Assembly (NCBI GenBank): GCA_963669175.1
Contig: OY769902.1
Location: 256,001-320,000 of the forward strand
DNA from: a bacterium
Lineage (GTDB): Bacteria > Electryoneota > Electryoneia > Electryoneales > Electryoneaceae
Reading direction: 5' to 3'
Length of the DNA: 64,000 bases
Shown here: positions 42,501-51,464 of the stretch, piece after piece
Position numbering within the stretch: the stretch's first letter is position 1
How the letters are laid out: each line of letters opens with the position of its first letter
Made by a program: the position numbers and the translations under genes
Notes under the pieces: model-generated
Database searches by the model: none
Told to the model about the DNA's origin: nothing
The model's input: only the letters and a program-made list of their open reading frames with translations

Positions 42501-44177
42501 ACCGCTGATCTCACGGTTTCCGTTCAAACGGGTCTGTTGAAGGATACTGTAAGGATCAACATGAAGTGTTGCTGATGCGCGGTCATCGTGGCTTTCGATC
42601 AGGTTCCGGTCATGCTGATTCAACGTAACCTGCAATTCACGGTTCCCACCAACACGTGTCGCTTCTCCACCTGTCAGGGTAATAATATCATCACCCATGA
42701 CAAAACTGATGCCGGTAAGCTCTACTTCGATCTGCAAGCGAACATCAAATACGATAAGAAGCTGGTTGGAATAAGCATTATAACTTGCCGCAGATGCTTC
42801 CGGGGCTTTATTGCTGCTTGATTCCGGCTCAGTCATCAAATCGCTGATGGTGAGTACGTTCCCATTACCGTAATCACTGACAATCGCGTTCTTGTTGACC
42901 TTAACCCGCAGGAAATGGCTAGGGTTAGACACAAGGTTGTCAATCATGTCTTCCAGGGCATGGGCATCGGGAACCAGCAATTCTATCTGGGCGCCCAGGT
43001 TGCCATCCACCAGGGTGGGAGAACCACCGTTGAGGTAGAACGAGTCTGCCACAACCGTAGTAGTGCCGTCCGTCGAGTATTCCTCGATCCAGATTTTCGG
43101 AATAACGATGTTGTAGGCAATTTCCGTATCCAGTTCCTGGTTGAACCAGATGGTCAGCTTATTGCTGCCCAAGTCATAGGACGCAGAATCGGCTGAAAGA
43201 GGTTCATCATCCGGAACCACCTCAACCGCAAGATCCGTCACCGGCAACACTGAGTTGTAGTCTGTATCGACAAATGTGTACGTCGGGCAGGTTACTGTCA
43301 GCGTTGACAGATCCAGAAGTTCAATCTGGTAGCGGAACGGAATGGGAAGATTGAGTTCCAGTACGGTTGAATCCATCTTGGTAATGTCATCAGCCGAACT
43401 CAGTGAATACTCGTTCCCTTCAGCATCTTTAAACAGAATCTGTGTCATCTGGACATTCTGCTCCATGTCCAGCACACCATTACCGTTTCTGTCTTCTTTC
43501 TGCGCGAAGGTATTATCCAGGACACCATTCCCCGGACCGGGCCAACTGGGATTCAGCGGATGTGCTTCCGCGACATCTTCAGCGATCTGGTCAAACTGGA
43601 CAGTACGATCAAATTCAAAACGGATGGTGTTCGTAAGCGCATTGTACTGCACATCAACCAGTTCTGTCGGATCGTTGTCTGCATCGTAATCAAGATCAAC
43701 CCAACCGGGCTCTGCGAACTCGTTATCCGGATTAATGACCGAATAACGTGGCAGGTATACTCGCATCGCATCATGGCTTAACATGGATTCGATTGTCTTG
43801 GTATCGGTATAATCATTACCCCAGCAATCGAACGGATGCTCGGTGCCATCAGCATCTGTGAATGTCCAGTTATCAATCACGCCACCAAAAATCAGCTTGA
43901 TCAGCACCGTTGTGCTCTGATCGGTGGTGTTCATGACTTCACCGCCACGGATCGCGTAATCTTCGCTTCGCCCACCGTCATCGTCGTCTATCAGAATGCC
44001 TTCAAAGATCACATCGCCTGGGCGTGTCATAACTTCCTGGTCGAACGTGATGCTCAGAATATTGGTGCCCTCGTTGTAGGACGCGCTCTGAGCCACGGGC
44101 GCTGCTGCGTGCCCGCATGCAGCCATCGCGAAAAGGACCGCAAGGACCAACGCCCGGTTTTTCCATGTCAACGACAT
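39564..44177 (-). CDS. Giant secreted protein: Ig-like repeats, degenerate M30-like peptidase domain and FlgD-type CTD
   Basis: About 5 'ASYN..TN.L.I.FD' repeats, peptidase-like motifs (see findings), LQQNYPNPFNPTT...WDGRSEQG..LSSGVYFVRM...KKMVLVK. Confidence 0.85.
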   Translation of the reverse strand: MSLTWKNRALVLAVLFAMAACGHAAAPVAQSASYNEGTNILSITFDQEVMTRPGDVIFEGILIDDDDGGRSEDYAIRGGEVMNTTDQSTTVLIKLIFGGVIDNWTFTDADGTEHPFDCWGNDYTDTKTIESMLSHDAMRVYLPRYSVINPDNEFAEPGWVDLDYDADNDPTELVDVQYNALTNTIRFEFDRTVQFDQIAEDVAEAHPLNPSWPGPGNGVLDNTFAQKEDRNGNGVLDMEQNVQMTQILFKDAEGNEYSLSSADDITKMDSTVLELNLPIPFRYQIELLDLSTLTVTCPTYTFVDTDYNSVLPVTDLAVEVVPDDEPLSADSASYDLGSNKLTIWFNQELDTEIAYNIVIPKIWIEEYSTDGTTTVVADSFYLNGGSPTLVDGNLGAQIELLVPDAHALEDMIDNLVSNPSHFLRVKVNKNAIVSDYGNGNVLTISDLMTEPESSSNKAPEASAASYNAYSNQLLIVFDVRLQIEVELTGISFVMGDDIITLTGGEATRVGGNRELQVTLNQHDRNLIESHDDRASATLHVDPYSILQQTRLNGNREISGLPITYTADPTPPIPLYVWYDFYDSKLVLEATTSLQEELVDFAKLTLAGITLSTPDSAITGDDDRLWVYVSSADREALNNLDDDLKFPFEAEMEAGFLMNWDGVSSLAYSDVLDNDTLTADTVSAQILLGYGRNFWVKAWETFPTDTRKIQASIRAISDHAYWYADNFMWRAIPYFNNVERFDSQDNTAWLYNQSGMDTAPLKVAEVEACVSYFEDAIPKDSTMGAYQKLINIMAGGNESVLSEKVSFLLTDVYDDFGMDGRNDSKAQFWKHGYFRPDDLPGSDDDYSNEAELVVLDCYPQSYIHGEMAYKWYDNDSEWQLADTTMANRGLRAIANLFTNYLIYKVDQFEEQWIQVGLAYVSEFIVDSPPNFYGQGEAKRLAGNNVLTFIGSDQNSRADAMFCYSFMLYLWEKYGGDDMISAIATSRRIGMEGIGTVIADHQSSLPSYLQGKEMIDIFLDYATANLLDTTYGDDNRIYALTNVNAGGGVLGTQFKWKPSSAKDRPPYSADCPDWGFSYYFSAYGEYDPNILVDGATDNLTVFAGEDAGTIRFRKVNLYASALDASLGDMYQVQDFSGDNWDDEKKCGAVPMSPGDGWIFGPDYADSTNFPTWVLIAAGGGDFMVTNETGNTAYARLFVAQNPVADLKLDFYVVSGRRIYDANGVEVPFVYATSEEDGGDTLAIFSEAENFTSVSYLTSTDSVKFVVYKTSGWMSEQSTMYWHVDGYLSNGEAISTPVVEVGMNLLPSGAPGRLELGDHLQLGTTAAAFDHNVWASVITLDDEVPEPLVAKIGTLPLDEQRTTVSKTFRIDADDAELHDPAWLTIQYDVETAGTQPVGVYMLYHDEWVYVGGAIDRDHGTISVPVSKLGTFKVMAGSPGDTPADLLVPTEYALQQNYPNPFNPTTTIGFQVPHTGQVNLTIYDVLGRQVATLVDQPMRFGSHRVFWDGRSEQGAPLSSGVYFVRMNAGSFQDVKKMVLVK

Positions 44178-44232
44178 ATCGTTGCCTCCTTGTTCAGCGT
44201 CTCACGTTAGTGACGTTCACCGCGTCGATCCG

Positions 44233-45219
44233 TTAGAAACGGAAGTGGACGCTGAATCGGTGGACGTAATCCAGTATGTAGTAATCGCTTACGGCATAAT
44301 CGATACCGAAGCCCTTCCACTCGGCGCCCACACCGGCCGACAACCCGAGCGTGTCATGGTTGAACGTGTATCCACCGCGCAGGTAGAACATCTTGTTGAA
44401 GCCGTATTCAGCCCCAAGATTGATGCGTTCAAGGTTGTCGTTGGGATGTTCCAGGTCCGCAGCGATCTGCAATACATGCGGCCCCTGGTTGTAGGGTATG
44501 GCTGACAATCCCATTTTGAAGGTCATGGGATACTGGTAGGGCAGGTAATCAGTCTGTGATGCTGAACGCTGGCCGTTATCATAGTCGTAGTAACCGCCGC
44601 CAAGCTGAACTTCCGGTCCAAAGTTGCGGATGTTCATGCTCAACATGACCGTCTTCCACTTCGTATCGTACATCGTGCCAACATCGACAACCCAGTTGGT
44701 AGCCACGCTACCGTCCAGGTCTTCACTGACTACCTTGAGATTAGCGCCGAAACTGAATTTGTCTGTCAACCTGGTAGCTGCTGAAACACCGGCAAGAAAG
44801 TCGGTCACTTCGAAATACTGGCCTGTACCTTCCGGCTGCATAACGGTTGTGCGTTCTATCTCGCCTGAATTCAGGGACGCTGCGAAAGCGCCCAAGGCCC
44901 AGCTATCGTTAAAACTGTGGCTTCCGGCGACAATACTGTAGTTGATGTCTGCCAGCCACTGAATATGTTCCACCATCACCCTGCTGTTCGTAGCATATAC
45001 CAACCCGGCAGGGTTCCAGAACATGCTTGTTTCATCATTACTGATCGCACTGAACGCATTCCCGATGCCGACACCCCTTGCACCGATCGGGATGTTCAGA
45101 AACAGGGTTCCGGCAGTTCCGACTTTGGCAATGTCTCCGCTTTCTGCCAATGCCACGCCGCCGGATGCGAACAGGATCGCCAACCCGATGGCGACGGCAT
45201 GCTTCAAAAGTGTACGCAT
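44233..45219 (-). CDS. PorV/PorQ (UPF0164, FadL-like) family outer-membrane barrel
   Basis: FLNIPIGARGVGIGNA...FWNPAGL, LGAEY...LRGGY, IDYA...HRFSVHFRF. Confidence 0.87.
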   Translation of the reverse strand: MRTLLKHAVAIGLAILFASGGVALAESGDIAKVGTAGTLFLNIPIGARGVGIGNAFSAISNDETSMFWNPAGLVYATNSRVMVEHIQWLADINYSIVAGSHSFNDSWALGAFAASLNSGEIERTTVMQPEGTGQYFEVTDFLAGVSAATRLTDKFSFGANLKVVSEDLDGSVATNWVVDVGTMYDTKWKTVMLSMNIRNFGPEVQLGGGYYDYDNGQRSASQTDYLPYQYPMTFKMGLSAIPYNQGPHVLQIAADLEHPNDNLERINLGAEYGFNKMFYLRGGYTFNHDTLGLSAGVGAEWKGFGIDYAVSDYYILDYVHRFSVHFRF

Positions 45220-45242
45220 GGTGTTCTCTCCTTTTCCGGCGG

Positions 45243-47717
45243 TTATCGCTTAATGAGGAATTTGCCGATGTGCTTGTCTCCATCGGGCGTTTCCACGACG
45301 TAGATGTACAGACCGGATACAACTTTCTGGTTGTTCCGGCTGATCATATCCCAGTACTCCGCCCCGGAAGTAGCATCCTCATGCTCAATTTCCTTGACCA
45401 GGTCGCCAGTCAACGTGAAAATGCTGATCTTGCACAACGGTGGCAGGAAGAAGAACGCCAAACGGTCTTCGTAACGGGATTCGAACAGGGCTGTACCTTC
45501 GTACGGGTTCGGCACGACCCTGACATCACTTGCTTTGCGGGGAGTGCCGTCATAGCCGTCATCCATCGTACCGGTTCCGTCATCAGTTTTGACGATTGCA
45601 TCCGGACGCGGAATAACCGGGTCCGGTGCGCCGGCAAGCGTCTTGCGGTAGTTTGATTTGGCAGACTCAATGGAAGACAGCCCGAAAGTAGCGATTTTGT
45701 CCGGGTCGTAGGCGACTACCGTGTAGTAGTACTTCAACCCGTTAACCGGTTCCGGAATGTCATGGAAGAATGTGATCGGGTTGCCGGATTCATCAACACC
45801 CATGAAATCGCCACCACGATCCGTGTAGGTATTGCGGACATCCGGTAAATCAACCAGGACGGTATCGTAGCCACCAGCCGCGATCGCTTCCTGGTAACCA
45901 TCTTCGAAATACGTGATAAGTTCACCGTTCACCCGGATCGGATTCACCATGTTTCCGTCCGTATCCTTTAAAAGAACGGGTTCATCGCGATTGTCGAAGG
46001 CGGCGATAATCTGCATGTTCTGCGCGTTGTACAAAGACCGGTATACCTTATAGCCTTCAAAGTCCACCGCGCCCAGGAAATTATCGATCTCGTTCTCCGC
46101 CGACTTGTCCCAGACCATATCCACGGCACGATCGGCGCCTGAATAATGCAAATCAGGAATAGGCGGTGGAATCGGCAGCAGGAAATGTTTGTCGGAGGCA
46201 ATGGCCTCATTGCTTGCCCCGGTAAATCCGGCTTGCGCTTCCACCGGGGATATAACCGGATCGCCAATCAGTGAATCAGGGCCCTGGTAATACGCGATGA
46301 CCGCGTTATCCAGGATTTCACGCATCCCCCCAATTCCCTTGCCAATACCGGTCACCATGACGAACTTTTTCGTTTCGCCATCCGCCCAACTGGAGAAGGG
46401 ACCGCAGGAAAGCATATAGCGGTAGTCGAATACTGGCGCGCCCGCTCCGTAGCGGAAGGGGTGAGGCATGAACTTGATCCCGTTCGACAGCGAATGGGTT
46501 CCTGTCATGTATTCGTACTTTTCACGATCACTGCCCGGGTCTGATTCCCAGTTCCACCACTGGTGGGAATAGGGACGGGGCATGGTGTCGTCTTCAGTGA
46601 GATAGAAAGGATCCTGCGGGATGTAAATCATCCGGGTTCCGATGAAACCGTCAACCGGCGTGGCATATGTTCTTTCACCGGTATCGTTTTCACCACTCTG
46701 CGGATAGTCACCGTCATACATGTAGCTGGTATTACGGCTGATCAGGTATCCCTTGAGTGTATCTCCGGTCGAAGCCTTTATCAGAACCTGGCCGTCAAAA
46801 TCGGTTCCCGGCTGACCGTAAATGGCGGGACCGTCTTCCACTTCATAAATCTGGTATTCATCCCAGACACCATCCGGTTCCGGGTCAAAGGACTCGGGCA
46901 TGTCTGCGTCTTCATACCCGTTTACGTATGGATTGAAAGGATTGGCCCGTTCCCAGCCCCAGACATCGTAGCCGGTATCGCCATCGTTGTCGAGATCAAG
47001 CGGGTCTACCCAGTCCTGGGTGAACATGTTTTCTTCTGCACCGGTCGCGGAACGCGCCCAGCCATCGTAATCCACCAGGTCGTCAATGTTCGGCTGATCC
47101 GGGTCGCCGCCCTCGCCGGCGCCGCAGTCATTGTCAAAAACCCACGTGACAAAAGCGCCGTTGATCGTGCCACCACTGACATTTTTCACTTCCATCAGAA
47201 TGACGAAGAAGTCGTCGTATTCCGGGATAGACCAGGTCAGCGCACGCTGGCTCATCTCGAAGCCAATCGGCGTATGACCGGAATAGTCCGTCATGTCATC
47301 ATAACGAACCCAGCCATCAAGAATGGACTTCGGACCGGCGCCGAAGTAGTAATACGATCCTTCGGTCGGGTCCAGCTCGTAGTTGCCGTAGTCTGCATGG
47401 CTGCAAAGGGGCTCACCGCCCACCAGCGCCGCAATCCAGAAACGACCTTCCCAGATATAGTTGATCGATGACCCACCCGGCCATTCACCGGAAGGCAGGT
47501 TCTCGTTCGGTTCACCGTAGTTCCCGAAATTGGAGATCGCTGTCCACAGGTTGCCTACGTCATGGACCTTGTACGTAGGATTGGGACGTGCAGATGTCTC
47601 CCTCACCGGTCCCTTGGGTCCACCCGATCCGGGCAGGACCGCCGCGATCAGGGGGGCGCTCAGGAGAAGGAGCGCAACGGTCACGGCGACAAGCGTGCGT
47701 AAACGCAAAGAATTCAC
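45243..47717 (-). CDS. Secreted protein with variant CTD, typical TBDR-cluster partner
   Basis: GTG start after GGAGG; HDVGNL...SNFG...EWPGGS; DFEGYKVYRS; YYYTVVAYD; VRVVPNPY...ISIFTLTGDLV...WD.....VVSGLYIYVV...GKFLIKR. Confidence 0.83.
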   Translation of the reverse strand: MNSLRLRTLVAVTVALLLLSAPLIAAVLPGSGGPKGPVRETSARPNPTYKVHDVGNLWTAISNFGNYGEPNENLPSGEWPGGSSINYIWEGRFWIAALVGGEPLCSHADYGNYELDPTEGSYYYFGAGPKSILDGWVRYDDMTDYSGHTPIGFEMSQRALTWSIPEYDDFFVILMEVKNVSGGTINGAFVTWVFDNDCGAGEGGDPDQPNIDDLVDYDGWARSATGAEENMFTQDWVDPLDLDNDGDTGYDVWGWERANPFNPYVNGYEDADMPESFDPEPDGVWDEYQIYEVEDGPAIYGQPGTDFDGQVLIKASTGDTLKGYLISRNTSYMYDGDYPQSGENDTGERTYATPVDGFIGTRMIYIPQDPFYLTEDDTMPRPYSHQWWNWESDPGSDREKYEYMTGTHSLSNGIKFMPHPFRYGAGAPVFDYRYMLSCGPFSSWADGETKKFVMVTGIGKGIGGMREILDNAVIAYYQGPDSLIGDPVISPVEAQAGFTGASNEAIASDKHFLLPIPPPIPDLHYSGADRAVDMVWDKSAENEIDNFLGAVDFEGYKVYRSLYNAQNMQIIAAFDNRDEPVLLKDTDGNMVNPIRVNGELITYFEDGYQEAIAAGGYDTVLVDLPDVRNTYTDRGGDFMGVDESGNPITFFHDIPEPVNGLKYYYTVVAYDPDKIATFGLSSIESAKSNYRKTLAGAPDPVIPRPDAIVKTDDGTGTMDDGYDGTPRKASDVRVVPNPYEGTALFESRYEDRLAFFFLPPLCKISIFTLTGDLVKEIEHEDATSGAEYWDMISRNNQKVVSGLYIYVVETPDGDKHIGKFLIKR

Positions 47718-47739
47718 AATAAGTTCCTCCCCCACAAGT

Positions 47740-50700
47740 TTAGAAGTCAAACCCTATACCCATTTGGAACATGCGACCACGCTGGTAATACTGCGGGTCG
47801 TTGTACTTACCGTCCACATCGTAATCCGGGGTGCCATCGTTGTCGGCATCGTTCTGAGTGTACCACGCAGTATCCGCGTTCGTCTGGAAGTACCGTTCAT
47901 CTATGTTCTTCCGGTCAAACAGGTTGTAGACCTGCAGGTACACGTACATCCCGAAATACTGAGAGAAGTTGTGACGTTTCTGGATACGAGCGTCAAACGA
48001 CAGCGTGTAGGGAAGCCGTTGGTCGTTGATGGGTGGATCCTTATCCTTGGCAGGACTGGAGTAGGGTAACCCGCTGCCATAACGTCCAATCAGGGATAAG
48101 CTGACTTGCTCAAGTGGTTTGTCAAGATAAGAATACCCAGAAATGCGGGTATTCTTGGGAATCATGAACATGATGTTTCCGTACACGGTATGGCGCTGAT
48201 CCCAGTCGAGATAGCTTTCCGTGGTACGGATAACATTGCCGGCCCAGGCGTTTTCGTAATTCTGACGTGCGCTTGAAGCCTTACCCTTGGCAATCGAATA
48301 GCTGTAGCTGATGTTCGTAGAATAGAAGCTGCTGAACCGTTTTTCCAGGCTCAACTCGAAACCACGCACATTGCCGTAGTCAAGGTTGATGTACAGGCCA
48401 TACCAGTTGCGTTCGTTGTAGAACACCTGGCGTGTATCGGTCAAGCCGGTGATATCCTTGTAAAAACCGGTCGCTACGATAGCCGTGTTGGGATTGAACT
48501 GGTGACGCAGGGTCAGCTCGTAAGCTGTTGTGCGTTCCGGTTCAAGGTTCGGATTCCCGACAATCGGGAAGGCGCCGGAAAAGTCCCAGTTCACATTCGT
48601 AAACGCGAAGTTAAGAATCGGAATCTGGAAGTTCTTGCTGTAGTTGAACGACAGCAGGTCAAACTCGGTAATCGGGAAAGCCACACCCAAACGTGGTCCC
48701 CAGTAATACTTGGGATCAATACTGGTCGGATCTTTCACCTCACCGCCGATGCTGGCATCTACTACCGGGTCGGTAATGTCGGCCGGATAATCGCTCCAGT
48801 TGATGTCGAAGACATCCAGACGGACACCGGCATTAATAACCATGCCTTCAAATTCCATCTTGTCTTCAGCCCAGAAACCATATAACCGTGGCTTCGCCGA
48901 GAAGTTCTGACCATACACATTCCCGCCGGATGCCATATCGACATCATGGTCAAACAGTTCCATGAATTTCAATTCAAAACCGGCCTTCATCTGATGGTAC
49001 TTGTGCATCTGGCTGGTAATGGAACCGTTGAAGGTATTGATGATCTTGTAGTCGTTGTTCCAGCGGGCACGGTTGTAGGTCAAACCGCTGCCATAGGTGT
49101 AAAAATCATCGTTGTCCTTGGAATTGCCAAACGGCACGTCTTCCCAGGCCATCCATGTGCTCACAGCGCCCTTCTCTGAAGCATCGATGTAACCGTTGTC
49201 ATTGTCATCGGTAAAGAGATCATGCCTGGGGCCATATACATCCCAGTCCCAGATCTGGTTACCGTTCAGATCTTCATATTCATACACACCATTCTGGTTG
49301 AAGTCGAAGTAGTAGAAAGAAACCTTGTCATCCACTTCTTCGGCAGCGAGGTAGTTGCTGAACATGCCGAGTGAATCTGCGGGGATATCGTTGATGTCGG
49401 TATAACGAGGTTCAAGATCCAGCTCGCCGTTACCATTCGCATCCTCATTTATATATTCGTTGGTGTTATAGTGCATTTCGGTTTTATAACGAGAATAACC
49501 CAGTTCGTAGAAAGTTTTCTGGTTCAACGTGTGATTCCACTTTACCGCTAATTGCTCCGTATGATGAGTGAAGAACGGAACATGGTCCAGCATACGGAAA
49601 GCATCCAGGTTGTAATTGGAGTTCAAGTCTTCTGTATCCACCACCCCATCACCGTCGAGATCAACTTCATTGCCGTCAATGATCCCGTTGTGGTTCAGGT
49701 CTTCCGTGTCCACCTCGCCGTTGCCATACCATGGATCGCCGTTTGCATCCAGGTAAACATAGCCGGGGTCAAGGGTAGTACCGTCAGCCAGATAGGATGG
49801 CTGGTATTCCAGGAGGGCATCTTCGTTGGTGGTTTTGCTCCACATGTGGTTGTAATAACTGTACTGGGCGTTCGACACTGTACCACTGAAGGTCAGCTTC
49901 AGTTTTGGTGTGATCTTGTAGGTCAGCTTGGCGAAACCACTCGTAAGCGTGGAGTCGTCATTGTCGAAACGTCCACGTGTGTCGAAGTACTGACCGGACA
50001 TCAGGAAATACAGCTTGCCGGCATCCTTGAAGAAAGGAATCGGGCCACTGAGAGATCCCTGCCAGTCCTGTAGCCTGTCACGTTCGCCGATGAAGGTCTG
50101 GCCACCGCCCATGTCATTGGTACGAAGCGACATGTTGCCGTTAATACGATCGCTGCCTTCTTTGGTTACCTGGTGGACAACACCGGAAAGCGCATTGCCG
50201 TATTCTACAGACTGACCACCGGTGATCACACTGACTTCTTCGAACGCGACAGCAGGAACAAACCCTTCATAGGTTCCTGTCATCGGATCGATAAACGAAG
50301 CGCCGTCAATGATGTAGTTGACCTCTGTTGCACGACCACCGCGGAAATTGGCCCCGACAGCGCCAACGGTCAGCTTGACCACTTCTTTGATGTTCTCGAC
50401 CGGCAACATCGCCAGGTCTTCCGAGGTACGTGTGGTACGGCTGTCCGTAGCATCTTTGCGGATCATGGGACGTTTTGAAACGTAAACCACTTCTTCCGCT
50501 TCAATCACGGTTGCTTTTAGTTCGAAATCCACGCGTGTGGTTCGGTCCGTAGCCACATCAACATTGCTGTATGTGACCGCCCCATGTGTCACTTCGGAAG
50601 CTTTTACTTCGTAGATTCCCGGTGGAATATTCAGAATAAAGAACAACCCATCCAGGTCCGATGTAGCTCCCATAGTCGTGCCGAGAATCACCACATTGAC

Positions 50701-50832
50701 CATGGCCAGTGGTTCTCCCGTATCGGCATCAACTACCTTTCCAACGATTTTCCCTGTACCGGCCGCCAGGACGACTCCGCTCAGGCATAGAAGTACAAGG
50801 AGAACAGAAAACGAGTAGCGCAAACTTCTCAT
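47740..50832 (-). CDS. TonB-dependent receptor (N-terminal carboxypeptidase-regulatory-like domain; Ca-loop insertions)
   Basis: GKIVGKVVD.DTGEPL, FRGGR..EV.YIIDG, GG...EYGNALSGVV, PRLGVAFPIT, GNPNLEPERT..YE, GIGFDF. Start likely ATG 50832. Confidence 0.92.
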   Translation of the reverse strand: MRSLRYSFSVLLVLLCLSGVVLAAGTGKIVGKVVDADTGEPLAMVNVVILGTTMGATSDLDGLFFILNIPPGIYEVKASEVTHGAVTYSNVDVATDRTTRVDFELKATVIEAEEVVYVSKRPMIRKDATDSRTTRTSEDLAMLPVENIKEVVKLTVGAVGANFRGGRATEVNYIIDGASFIDPMTGTYEGFVPAVAFEEVSVITGGQSVEYGNALSGVVHQVTKEGSDRINGNMSLRTNDMGGGQTFIGERDRLQDWQGSLSGPIPFFKDAGKLYFLMSGQYFDTRGRFDNDDSTLTSGFAKLTYKITPKLKLTFSGTVSNAQYSYYNHMWSKTTNEDALLEYQPSYLADGTTLDPGYVYLDANGDPWYGNGEVDTEDLNHNGIIDGNEVDLDGDGVVDTEDLNSNYNLDAFRMLDHVPFFTHHTEQLAVKWNHTLNQKTFYELGYSRYKTEMHYNTNEYINEDANGNGELDLEPRYTDINDIPADSLGMFSNYLAAEEVDDKVSFYYFDFNQNGVYEYEDLNGNQIWDWDVYGPRHDLFTDDNDNGYIDASEKGAVSTWMAWEDVPFGNSKDNDDFYTYGSGLTYNRARWNNDYKIINTFNGSITSQMHKYHQMKAGFELKFMELFDHDVDMASGGNVYGQNFSAKPRLYGFWAEDKMEFEGMVINAGVRLDVFDINWSDYPADITDPVVDASIGGEVKDPTSIDPKYYWGPRLGVAFPITEFDLLSFNYSKNFQIPILNFAFTNVNWDFSGAFPIVGNPNLEPERTTAYELTLRHQFNPNTAIVATGFYKDITGLTDTRQVFYNERNWYGLYINLDYGNVRGFELSLEKRFSSFYSTNISYSYSIAKGKASSARQNYENAWAGNVIRTTESYLDWDQRHTVYGNIMFMIPKNTRISGYSYLDKPLEQVSLSLIGRYGSGLPYSSPAKDKDPPINDQRLPYTLSFDARIQKRHNFSQYFGMYVYLQVYNLFDRKNIDERYFQTNADTAWYTQNDADNDGTPDYDVDGKYNDPQYYQRGRMFQMGIGFDF

Positions 50833-51464
50833 GAGGCCACCTTTCCGTAACATGAAATGACCCTGTAAAGAAAAAAACTGGCTTAAATCACCTGGACTAA
50901 ACGGTGATCACCTGTAATGCAGGGAAAAGGGGGAGGCGTGTAGCGAAATAAAGCAAGTGTGCAGGAGGTGCATTAAAATAATACACCCCTGAAAACAGAG
51001 TGAAGCAGCAAATCAGGGCGCGTCTCGTCAAACTCTTAAAAAACAGGCGCACTTGTCCTAGCAGTCGCTTCCTCCAGTCGCCGGCAAAACTGGTATAAGC
51101 TTTGCTCAATAGTTTTTGGGTATGTCTGTCTTGTCAGCAAGCACCAACCATTAATACTTTACTAACGTGAATCCAGCAAATCAAGTGGTTTAATACAATA
51201 TTAACAGAAAGTAATTCCTGTGTCTGGTTTTTTCCCCAACCTTGTTTTTATTCTTCCCTGTTGCCACTTTATACCCTAAGTTATTGATAAATAATCAACT
51301 TTGGGGAAAGTATCATTTTGAGCACTTCGACACTGCCATTCTCTGTCTCACAAACAGGAACATACCTTTCATTTTTAACGTGGAGCTTTTGACAGAAAGT
51401 TTCTGTATATTGCTTACCACTTGAGTGTCAAAGAAACATCAGGATCATTTGCAAACATTGTCCG

